In this document: in pieces, positions 44,746-53,011 of the stretch
Layout of the letters: each line of letters opens with the position of its first letter
Position numbering within the stretch: position 1 is the first letter of the stretch
From: Actinomycetota bacterium
Lineage (GTDB): Bacteria; Actinomycetota; Thermoleophilia; Solirubrobacterales; JACPNS01
Direction: 5' to 3'
Assembly: GCA_016213645.1 (NCBI GenBank)
Contig: JACQZY010000028.1
Location: 9,457 to 73,456 of the forward strand
Length of the DNA stretch: 64,000 nucleotides
The notes under the pieces: model-generated
The model's input: the letters and a program-made list of their open reading frames with translations, nothing else
The model's database searches: none
What the model was told of the DNA's origin: nothing
Made by a program: the position numbers and the translations under genes

Positions 44746-46068
44746 ATGCCCAAGTACCACGTCACAACCTTCGGCTGTCAGATGAACGAGCACGATTCCG
44801 AGCGGATGAAGGGCATGCTCGAATCGCTGGGATACGCCGAGGCGGCCGAGCAGGACGATGCGGATCTGATCCTTTTCAACACTTGCTCGATCCGCGAGAC
44901 GGCAGACAGCAAGTTTGTTGGGCATCTCGGGCACGCGAAGCGGCTCAAGAACGAGGACCCCTCGCGGGTCGTGGGCGTGGGCGGGTGCTGGGCGCAGTCG
45001 GTGAAGGACGAGGTTTTTGAACAGTTTCCGTTTGTCGACGTGGCGTTTGGGCCGGGTCAGGTTCACAAGCTCGCCGAGTTTCTGAACAGCGACAGTCTCA
45101 CCGCGCAGGGCTATTTCGAGTTTGAAGGTTTTACCGGCGACCTGCCGGCCCACCGGGAGCGCGAGTTTCAGGGCTGGGTGCAGATATCCGTCGGATGCAA
45201 CTGCGTCTGCTCTTATTGCATCGTTCCCTCGACGCGCGGGCGCGAGGTCAGTCGCGACCCGGACGACTTGATCCGCGAGATCGCGACGATGGCCGGTGAT
45301 GGCGTGCGCGAGGTCACACTGCTTGGCCAGAACGTCAACTCCTACGGGCGTGACTTGGAAAAGTCGAGGCGCATCAGCTTCGCCGAACTACTGCGAGAGA
45401 TCGACGCGATCGACGGGGTGGACAGAATCCGTTACACAAGTCCGCACCCCAAGGACATGCGTGAGGACGTGCTGCGCGCGCACGCGGAACTGCCGGCGCT
45501 TTGCGAGCACATTCATCTGCCGCTGCAGTCCGGCAGCAGCGCAGTTCTGAAGGCGATGAAACGCACCTACGACCGTGAACGCTTCGAGGACCGTGTGCGC
45601 CTGATTCGTGAGTTCGTGCCGGACTGCGCGCTCTCGACCGACATCATCGTCGGATTTCCGGGCGAGACCGACGCCGATTTTGAGCAAACGCTTGAGGTGG
45701 TGGAGGCGACCTCCTTCGATTCCGCGTTCACGTTCGTCTACTCGCCACGACGGGGCACGGTCGCCGCCGAATTGCCGGATCAGGTGCCGCACGAAGTCAA
45801 GCGCGAGCGCATGGCGCGACTGGTAGGGCTTGTACAACAACACGCCCTTCAGCGGGCACATCGTTTTGTCGGGCGCGACATCGAGGTGCTTGTGGAAGGA
45901 GCCTCGCGTACCGACGCTGCCAAGCTGCGCGGTCGCAGCCGCCACAACAAGGTCGTGAACTTCGGTGGACTGGCGGGCGCGGGTGAACTCACCACGGTGA
46001 CGGTTGAAAGCGCCACCTCGCAGACGCTCGCCGGCACGGAGTCCCTGACCGCGCGCGCGGTCGCCTGA
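44746..46068 (+). CDS. miaB: tRNA (N6-isopentenyl adenosine(37)-C2)-methylthiotransferase
   Basis: N-terminal UPF0004 cysteines (FGCQMN, NTCSIRE, GGCWAQ), radical-SAM motif CNCVCSYC and a TRAM C-terminus. Confidence 0.95.
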   Translation: MPKYHVTTFGCQMNEHDSERMKGMLESLGYAEAAEQDDADLILFNTCSIRETADSKFVGHLGHAKRLKNEDPSRVVGVGGCWAQSVKDEVFEQFPFVDVAFGPGQVHKLAEFLNSDSLTAQGYFEFEGFTGDLPAHREREFQGWVQISVGCNCVCSYCIVPSTRGREVSRDPDDLIREIATMAGDGVREVTLLGQNVNSYGRDLEKSRRISFAELLREIDAIDGVDRIRYTSPHPKDMREDVLRAHAELPALCEHIHLPLQSGSSAVLKAMKRTYDRERFEDRVRLIREFVPDCALSTDIIVGFPGETDADFEQTLEVVEATSFDSAFTFVYSPRRGTVAAELPDQVPHEVKRERMARLVGLVQQHALQRAHRFVGRDIEVLVEGASRTDAAKLRGRSRHNKVVNFGGLAGAGELTTVTVESATSQTLAGTESLTARAVA

Positions 46069-46082
46069 TCGCCGGAGGACTG

Positions 46083-47069
46083 ATGGCCGAGCCGGTCATC
46101 GCCATATTCGGTCCGACGGGCATCGGCAAGACGTCGGTGGCGATCGAACTGGCAGGACTGTTGCGCAATCGCGGAGAGGACCCGATTGCCATATCCGTCG
46201 ATTCAATGCAGGTCTACCGAGAGTTGCCGATCATCACCGGCGCACCAACGGCACTGGAGCAAACGCGTCTGGAACACCGGCTGGTCGGAAGCATTTCGGT
46301 TGCCGATTCCTATGACGTGGCCACTCACGCGGCCGCCTGTCACGTGGAGATCGACGGCGCATTGAGCGAGGGGCGACGGCCGCTGGTCGTGGGGGGAACG
46401 GGGTTGTATCTTCGCGCCGCTCTGACGGATCTCGATTTCGTGCCGCCACCGGATCCGTCGGTCCGTGAGCGTTTGATGACCGAACTCGCTCAAGACGGCT
46501 TGGAGCAGCTTTATGCACGTCTGGCCGACGAGGAACCGGACGTGGCCGCGACGATCAATTCCGGCGACGCGCGCCGCGTCGTCCGTGCTTTGGAGGCGAT
46601 TGAGCAGGGTCGTTCCACGGCCGACCGCGAAAGAAACCGTCTTTGGACCGGCGACGTGCGGCGGCCGACGCGGCTTTTTGCTCTGGTGGTGGATCGGGAG
46701 ATCTTGTACGAGCGCATCGAGGCGCGCGTTGACGAAATGATCGAGCTGGGGGCGATCTACGAGGTCGAATCCGCCGCGCAAATCGCGGGACGCACGGCCG
46801 CCCAGGCCTTGGGCTTTGACGAGTTGCTCGCCGGTGACATCGAGTCGCTGAAGATGAACACGCGGCGATACGCCAAACGCCAGCTGACGTGGCTGCGAAA
46901 GCTTGCCGGCGCCGAACTGGTTGACGTCACCGACCTGTCCGCCGCGGAAACTGCCGCACGAATACTGGCCGCGTTGGATACCGACGGACCCGCGGCCGAC
47001 GAATCCGGTTCAGAGCGTCGGCACGGCCTCGAACACGGGGGCGGCCTCGGCGCATCGTTCACCGGTTAG
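46083..47069 (+). CDS. miaA: tRNA dimethylallyltransferase
   Basis: P-loop GPTGIGKTS, MQVYRELPIITGAP and GGTGLYLRA. Confidence 0.9.
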   Translation: MAEPVIAIFGPTGIGKTSVAIELAGLLRNRGEDPIAISVDSMQVYRELPIITGAPTALEQTRLEHRLVGSISVADSYDVATHAAACHVEIDGALSEGRRPLVVGGTGLYLRAALTDLDFVPPPDPSVRERLMTELAQDGLEQLYARLADEEPDVAATINSGDARRVVRALEAIEQGRSTADRERNRLWTGDVRRPTRLFALVVDREILYERIEARVDEMIELGAIYEVESAAQIAGRTAAQALGFDELLAGDIESLKMNTRRYAKRQLTWLRKLAGAELVDVTDLSAAETAARILAALDTDGPAADESGSERRHGLEHGGGLGASFTG

Positions 47070-47081
47070 AATCGCGCGCCG

Positions 47082-47933
47082 ATGCGGTTCGAAAAATGGC
47101 AGGCGCTTGGCAATGACTACATGATCGTCGAACCCGACGATCTGCCGTTCGAGCTGACCGCCAAACGCATCGAAAAGATCTGCCGGTACCACTTCGGCGC
47201 GGGCGCCGACGGCATACTGCTGATCGAGCGCAGCGACGACGCGGAAATCGTCGCGAACGTACGCATTTTCAATCCGGACGGTTCCGAGGCCGAGCTTTCC
47301 GGCAACGGAATCCGCGAAGCGATCATGTACCTGAGACGCACCGGGCGCGCCGACGGTGACGAGTTCGCCGTGAGCACGGCCGCCGGCGTGATCCGTCCCA
47401 AAATCGTCTCTGGTACCGAGTGCGAGGTTGACATGGGGGCCGCGTCGGTCACGTCGAAGGATTTTCCTGACGGCCCTCCGGACGGCCGTGCGCACATAGT
47501 CGTCGGCTTTACAGAGCTTGAGTTTCAGCATGTTTCGATCGGCAACCCGCAGTGCGCGATCGAAATTCCCGGCGATCCGCGCGACCTGGAGGCGTTGAAC
47601 CTCGGTCGTATTGGTCCGGGGCTGGAGACCGACCATCGCTTTCCCAATCGCACGAACGTCTCGTTCTGGCAGCGCACCGGCGAGCAAAGCATCACGGCGC
47701 GGATATTTGAGCGCGGAGTGGGGGAAACCCTGTCCTCCGGCACCGGGGCCACGGGCGCCGCTGTCGCCGCGTTCGTGCGCGGCATGAAGAGTCCGGTCAC
47801 CGTCACGCTCGACGGAGGCGAACTGCTCGTGGAAATCGACGAAGACCTGAACATCAAACTTACGGGCTGGGCGAAGCCGGTTTTCACCGGCGAACTGGCC
47901 CCGGAATTCATCACCGAACTGGAGAACACCTAG
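47082..47933 (+). CDS. dapF: diaminopimelate epimerase homologue with both catalytic Cys replaced by Ser
   Basis: Full-length DapF-like sequence (ALGNDYMIV, IFNPDGSE, GNPQCAI, FPNRTNVSF, ERGVGET) in the miaA-dapF-hflX syntenic slot. The catalytic positions read AELSGNG (Ser73, TCC 47298-47300) and ETLSSGTG (Ser219, TCC 47736-47738). Confidence 0.85.
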   Translation: MRFEKWQALGNDYMIVEPDDLPFELTAKRIEKICRYHFGAGADGILLIERSDDAEIVANVRIFNPDGSEAELSGNGIREAIMYLRRTGRADGDEFAVSTAAGVIRPKIVSGTECEVDMGAASVTSKDFPDGPPDGRAHIVVGFTELEFQHVSIGNPQCAIEIPGDPRDLEALNLGRIGPGLETDHRFPNRTNVSFWQRTGEQSITARIFERGVGETLSSGTGATGAAVAAFVRGMKSPVTVTLDGGELLVEIDEDLNIKLTGWAKPVFTGELAPEFITELENT

Positions 47934-49103
47934 ATGCAGCCCAGCAAGCGCCTTGAGCGCATTCCGCCCTACCTTTTCGCCGAGCTCGAAAAGAAGATCG
48001 CCGACAAAAAGGCGGCGGGCATCGACGTCATCTCGCTTGGCATCGGCGACCCGGACACGCCTACTCCGGCCAACGTGGTTGAGGCCGGGCAGCGAGCGCT
48101 TGCCGACCCCGGCACCCACCAATACCCATCAAACCGCGGCCGCGAAGAATTTCGCCGCGCGATCGCCGATTTCTACGCCCGGCGCTTCGGCGTCTCGCTC
48201 GACCCCGAGACCGAAGTGATGCCCGCGATCGGCGCCAAGGAATGCATCTTCAATCTCAACCTTGCCTTTCTCGACCCGGGCGACGTGGCTCTGGCTTCGG
48301 ACCCCGGTTACCCCGTTTACACCGGCGGACCGTTGCTTGTCGGTGCCGAGCCGGTGTTGCTGCCACTCCTGCCCGAACGCCAATTCACGCCGGACCTCGG
48401 CGCGATTCCGGCCGACAAACTGGCGAAGGCGAAGTTGACCTTTCTCAACTATCCGAACAACCCGACGGGGGCGATCGTGCCGGACGGCTTTTTCGCGGAA
48501 GTCGTTGAGTTCGCCAAGGCCAACGATCTGCTTGTCGTTCACGACGCGTCTTACACGGAGACCGCGTACGACGGTTACCGTCCGCCGAGCTTTTTGGAGA
48601 CCCCGGGCGCGAAGGACGTGGGCGTAGAGGTGTTTTCGCTCAGCAAGGGTTACAACATGACCGGTTGGCGCGCCGCCGCGATCGTCGGCAACGCCGAGGC
48701 CATTGCCACATACTGGCGACTGAAGACGAACATCGACTCAGGCAACTTCGAGGCCGTGCAGTTGGCCGCGGTGGAGGCGCTCAGCCCTGCTACCGACGCC
48801 GCCGTCGAGCAGATGAACGCGATCTACCAGCGACGGCGCGATCTCGTGTGTGACGCGCTCGCTGAAATAGGCGTGAACGTTTCGCGACCGAAGGCGACGA
48901 TCTACATCTGGGCGCCAGTGCCCGCCGGCTTTGAAAGCGCGGCGGCGTACTGCGCGCACGTGCTTGAGGAGTCGGCGGTGGTGATTTCGCCAGGCGGCGC
49001 TTACGGCGCAAGCGGCGAAGGCTTTTTCCGCATATCGCTGACCACGCCGGACGAACGGCTGACCGAGGCCGTCGATCGGCTGCGCTCCACGCTCGCGAAG
49101 TAA
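47934..49103 (+). CDS. dapL: LL-diaminopimelate aminotransferase-like class I/II aminotransferase
   Basis: N-terminus RLERIPPYLFAELEKKIADKKAAGIDVISLGIGDPDTPTP and PLP-lysine motif FSLSKGYNMTGWR. Starts immediately after the dapF stop. Confidence 0.75.
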   Translation: MQPSKRLERIPPYLFAELEKKIADKKAAGIDVISLGIGDPDTPTPANVVEAGQRALADPGTHQYPSNRGREEFRRAIADFYARRFGVSLDPETEVMPAIGAKECIFNLNLAFLDPGDVALASDPGYPVYTGGPLLVGAEPVLLPLLPERQFTPDLGAIPADKLAKAKLTFLNYPNNPTGAIVPDGFFAEVVEFAKANDLLVVHDASYTETAYDGYRPPSFLETPGAKDVGVEVFSLSKGYNMTGWRAAAIVGNAEAIATYWRLKTNIDSGNFEAVQLAAVEALSPATDAAVEQMNAIYQRRRDLVCDALAEIGVNVSRPKATIYIWAPVPAGFESAAAYCAHVLEESAVVISPGGAYGASGEGFFRISLTTPDERLTEAVDRLRSTLAK

Positions 49104-49159
49104 CGCGAACGCAAAATAGTTCGGCCCGCGTGGCTTATCTCGCCGTTAGTCTGTAAGTA

Positions 49160-50494
49160 GTGCAACGCGATCAAAGGGACGACCGCCCGGGCGGCAAAGG
49201 AAAGCCGCAGCGCGAGAGCCGCTACGGCGAGGGAATTCGCAATCCGCGGGCACGTCAGCGCGCGCTTTGCATCGCCTCCGGTCGCGACGAAGTGGACTTG
49301 GCCGAGTTGCGCGAGCTGTTGCGTACAGCCGGGGTCGCGGTAGCGGGGGAGATGATCCAGGCGCGCGACGCACCCGACGCCAACAGCTACTTCGGCAGCG
49401 GCAAGCTGGAAGAGCTTAAGCAAGAGGCGAAACGATGCAATGCCAACGTGATTGCTTGCGACGACGAGCTGACACCGCGACAGGAGCGAAATCTTGAACA
49501 AGCGGTCGGCATGTCGGTGGTAGACCGAACCGAAATCATTCTCGACATCTTCGCCGGCCACGCTCGCAGCGCCGAGGGCAAGTTGCAGGTCGAGCTCGCA
49601 CAGCTTGAGTACAACCTGTCGCGCATGCGCGGCCTCTGGACCCACCTCGAACGCCTCGGTGCCGGGATCGGTACGCGTGGGCCGGGCGAGTCGCAGATCG
49701 AGACCGACCGTCGCCTCGCGCGCGACCGCATCACCGCGCTTCGCCGCCGGCTTGCCGGCGTGCGCAATTCCCGCGAAACGCAGCGGCGCGAACGCGAGCG
49801 CAAAAGCATTGCCACCGCCGCGCTGGCCGGCTACACAAACGCCGGAAAGTCCAGCTTGCTCAATGCAATGACCGGCTCCGAGGTAACCGTGCGCGACCGG
49901 CTTTTCGAAACGCTTGACCCGACTACACGCACGATGGAAGTGGACGGGCGAGACGTACTGGTCACGGACACCGTCGGTTTCATCCGCAAGCTTCCTCACC
50001 AACTGGTAGACGCGTTCGCCTCCACACTTGAAGAGGCTTTGTCCGCCGAGCTGGTACTGCACGTCGTTGACGCTTCGATGGAAGAGGACGACCTCGGCGA
50101 GATGATTACCGCAGTCGATGACGTGCTCGCCGAGGTCGGCGTGGTCGAGCAGGACTCCCAGCTCGTGCTCAACAAGATTGACCTTGTTGATGCGGAGCGA
50201 CTTCAGGAATTGCGTTACCGCCATCCGGAGGCGTTGCTCGTATCGGCGGTCACGGGTGAAGGGCTGGACGAACTACGCGCCACGATCGCGCAAAGGCTTG
50301 CCGCGCGCCTGGTCCCGGTGAGCCTGCTCGTGCCGTACTCCCGCGGTGAACTTCTTGACACGCTCCACCGGCAGGCCGCCGAGCTGACTCGCGAGGACCG
50401 GCCCGACGGGGTGCTTGTGAGCGCGAAGCTGCGACGACCGCTGGCCGAGCGGCTCAGTGAGTTTGCCGTCGACGGCGCGACGGCCACGGTGTAG
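49160..50494 (+). CDS. hflX: GTPase HflX
   Basis: HflX N-domain (YFGSGKLEELK), coiled linker and G-domain motifs GYTNAGKSSL, DTVGF and NKID. The GTG start is uncertain. Confidence 0.9.
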   Translation: MQRDQRDDRPGGKGKPQRESRYGEGIRNPRARQRALCIASGRDEVDLAELRELLRTAGVAVAGEMIQARDAPDANSYFGSGKLEELKQEAKRCNANVIACDDELTPRQERNLEQAVGMSVVDRTEIILDIFAGHARSAEGKLQVELAQLEYNLSRMRGLWTHLERLGAGIGTRGPGESQIETDRRLARDRITALRRRLAGVRNSRETQRRERERKSIATAALAGYTNAGKSSLLNAMTGSEVTVRDRLFETLDPTTRTMEVDGRDVLVTDTVGFIRKLPHQLVDAFASTLEEALSAELVLHVVDASMEEDDLGEMITAVDDVLAEVGVVEQDSQLVLNKIDLVDAERLQELRYRHPEALLVSAVTGEGLDELRATIAQRLAARLVPVSLLVPYSRGELLDTLHRQAAELTREDRPDGVLVSAKLRRPLAERLSEFAVDGATATV

Positions 50495-50530
50495 GCGGAG
50501 CCACCGAACGGCGGCGTAGAATGCCGCCTC

Positions 50531-50998
50531 ATGGAAGCGCACGCAATCACCCGTCCGGAAGTCGAATCAACTTTGCGCTTCAAAAAGCTCCACCCCGACG
50601 CGGTCGTACCCACGCGGGCTCATGACGGCGACGCCGGCTGCGACATCTACGCTCGCGAATCGCTGACCCTCCGCCCGGGGGAGCGCGGGCGTGTGGGAAC
50701 CGGCATTGCCGTGGCGATTCCGGAAGGTCATGCGGGCATGGTTCTGCCACGCTCCGGACTGGCCCATAAACACGGCGTCACACTGACGAACTCACCCGGT
50801 CTGATCGACGCCGGTTACCGCGGAGAGCTGATGGTGCTGCTGGTAAACACGGACCGTGACGATGCGTACACGGTGAACCCGGGCGATCGCATCGCACAGC
50901 TCGTGCTGGTGCCGTTCAGTGCGCCGAACTGGACAGAGGTTGAAGACTTCGAAGACACAACCCGGGGCGAAGGCGGCTTCGGGTCAAGCGGTTTTTAG
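50531..50998 (+). CDS. dut: dUTP diphosphatase
   Basis: DAGCDIYA, PRSGLA, GLIDAGYRGEL and a C-terminal RGEGGFGSSG motif. Confidence 0.9.
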   Translation: MEAHAITRPEVESTLRFKKLHPDAVVPTRAHDGDAGCDIYARESLTLRPGERGRVGTGIAVAIPEGHAGMVLPRSGLAHKHGVTLTNSPGLIDAGYRGELMVLLVNTDRDDAYTVNPGDRIAQLVLVPFSAPNWTEVEDFEDTTRGEGGFGSSGF

Positions 50999-51003
50999 GA
51001 CCC

Positions 51004-51074
51004 GGCCCAGCGTCCGGCCCAGCGTCCGGCCCAGCGTCCGACCCAGCGTCCGACCCAGCGTCCGGCCCAGCGCC
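51004..51074. repeat. 12-nt tandem repeat (about 6 copies) between convergent genes
   Basis: ggcccagcgtcc x3, gacccagcgtcc x2 and ggcccagcgcc, read directly. It fills nearly the whole dut-antiporter spacer. Confidence 0.9.
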
Positions 51075-51080
51075 GGTGGA

Positions 51081-52259
51081 TCACCTGCGTCGCCGCGCCG
51101 CCGATTTGAGCATGTAGGGAGCGATCAGCGTGGTCAAAACAGCCATGCCCACGACTACGGCAAATAGCTCATCGCGAATCACGCCCTCCGAAAAGCCGAT
51201 TCCTGCGACGATGATGCCAACCTCGCCGCGCGGCACCATTCCCGCCGCCACGATTGCGCGATCCCGACGGTCCAGCCCGATCGACCCGATCCAGGCGCCG
51301 GCGTACTTCGTGACCACGGCGAGCAGCGTTACACCACCCAGCAGCAACAGCGTGTCTCCGTCGGTAAAGCTCGAAATGTCAACCTGCACGCCGATCGCGG
51401 TGAAGAAAAACGGCGCAAAAAAAGCGTAAATCGGGGCGACCTCTGATTCGATCGAGTTGTGGTCGCGGGTCTCGGCGATCACCATGCCGGCGAGAAACGC
51501 ACCGATCACGGCGGCCAGACCGATTTCCGCCGACAGCACCGCAAGACCAAGGCAGATGATCACCGCCGGCATCAACGGCGAATCCGCAAAGCGCGGAACT
51601 TCGAGCAACTTTGGCCACCGGCGAAAGACGCGCGATCCGCCAAGGGAGACGAAGACCAGAAACGGCACGGCCAGAGCAAAAAGTATTCCGACGTCGCCCA
51701 GATCCACCGACCCGCCCGTCGCGATCCCCGTCGCCATCGCCAGCACGATCAGCGCGAGAATGTCGTCGATCACCGCGGCGCCAAGGATCGTGCGCGCGGC
51801 GCGGCCGCTCTGAAGTTTGAGATCCATCAGCAGGGCGGACGTGATGCCTACGCTCGTTGCGGCGAGTGCCGCGCCGATGAAAACGGCCGTGGCGGTGGAT
51901 GCGCCAAAAACCAGCGCCAGCAGCACGCCCGAGCCGGCCGGCAGCACCACTCCCACCACGCCCACAAGTGCCGCCGAACGCCCGACCGATGCGATCTGGC
52001 TGATTTTCGTCTCCAGTCCAACCCAGAACAACAAGAAGATCACGCCCAGTTCCGCGAACACCTCAACGACGTTGTTCAGCTCAACCAGTCCCAGCACCGA
52101 CGGACCAACGATCACGCCGGCAAGGATCTCACCCGCTACGACCGGCTGGTGCAAATGGCGGCAGATTTCTTCGCCGATTTTCGCCGCAAGCAGGAGCAAA
52201 AACAACGCCGTCAGATAACCGGACAGATCGCCATGCACGGCGGCAAAGGGGATGCTCAT
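51081..52259 (-). CDS. cation:proton antiporter (CPA family, Na+/H+ exchanger-like)
   Basis: 392 aa, about 11-12 hydrophobic helices, with a family-typical N-terminus (LLLLAAKIGEEICRHLHQPVVAGEILAGVIVGPSVLG). Confidence 0.85.
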   Translation of the reverse strand: MSIPFAAVHGDLSGYLTALFLLLLAAKIGEEICRHLHQPVVAGEILAGVIVGPSVLGLVELNNVVEVFAELGVIFLLFWVGLETKISQIASVGRSAALVGVVGVVLPAGSGVLLALVFGASTATAVFIGAALAATSVGITSALLMDLKLQSGRAARTILGAAVIDDILALIVLAMATGIATGGSVDLGDVGILFALAVPFLVFVSLGGSRVFRRWPKLLEVPRFADSPLMPAVIICLGLAVLSAEIGLAAVIGAFLAGMVIAETRDHNSIESEVAPIYAFFAPFFFTAIGVQVDISSFTDGDTLLLLGGVTLLAVVTKYAGAWIGSIGLDRRDRAIVAAGMVPRGEVGIIVAGIGFSEGVIRDELFAVVVGMAVLTTLIAPYMLKSAARRRR

Positions 52260-53011
52260 CGCCGGCTCCGTCGCCCCGCATCTAGCGCGCAGCGATGCGC
52301 GGCGTCTTCGAGCACGTCGTCAAGCGGTTTGAGTTCCACAGGCGTGCCGTCGCGAGCCAGCGCCAGCGCGGTCAAGTAATCGGCGAACCAGGCGTTCTTG
52401 GGCAGCAGCGGACCGTGCAGATAGGTGCCAAACACGTTCTTGTGACGGACGCCCTCGAAGTGGTCGGATCCATTGTTGCCGAACCCGGAGATCACGCTGC
52501 CAAGCGGGCTTTCGCCTTCGCCGAGGTAGGTTCGTCCGCCGTGATTTTCGAAACCGGCGAGGCGCTGCGGCTTGCCCTCGATCTCGAGTTCGATCACGAC
52601 GTTTCCGATTAGGCGCGGTCCGGGCTCGCGTACGGTCTTCAGCGAAACGATCGACAGCCCCTCGATTACTTGGTCGGCAAGCTCGTAGGACTCGCCCAGC
52701 AGTTGATATCCGCCGCAGACGGCGAGCATCACTTTCCCGTCCTCCGCCGCTCGCGCCAATGCGTCGCGCTTCGTGCGCAGCATGTCCTGGGCGATCTGGA
52801 CCTGATCGCGATCCTGACCGCCGCCGATGTAAAAGAGGTCGAACGCCCCGGGATCGATCGAATCGCCATGCTCCGCCGCCGAAAGTTCAAAACCGATGCC
52901 GCGCGCCGCGCAGCGGCGTTCGAGCAGGATCATATTTCCGCGGTCGGCGTAGATGTTCATCCGCGAGGGGTAAAGCGCGCAGACGCGCAGAATGTCGCCC
53001 ATGCCGCTCAC
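52256..53011 (-). CDS. gatD: lipid II isoglutaminyl synthase glutaminase subunit GatD (CobB/CobQ-like amidotransferase)
   Basis: LYPSRMNIYADRGN, catalytic AVCGGYQLLG and YLHGP. GTGA overlap with murT. Confidence 0.85.
   Translation of the reverse strand: MSGMGDILRVCALYPSRMNIYADRGNMILLERRCAARGIGFELSAAEHGDSIDPGAFDLFYIGGGQDRDQVQIAQDMLRTKRDALARAAEDGKVMLAVCGGYQLLGESYELADQVIEGLSIVSLKTVREPGPRLIGNVVIELEIEGKPQRLAGFENHGGRTYLGEGESPLGSVISGFGNNGSDHFEGVRHKNVFGTYLHGPLLPKNAWFADYLTALALARDGTPVELKPLDDVLEDAAHRCALDAGRRSRR

Noticed and set aside
50919-51167. 82-aa ORF translating the 12-nt repeat as (RPSV)n
   Set aside because: It overlaps the dut 3' end and the antiporter 3' end. The repeat periodicity alone explains the open frame, and there is no start context.
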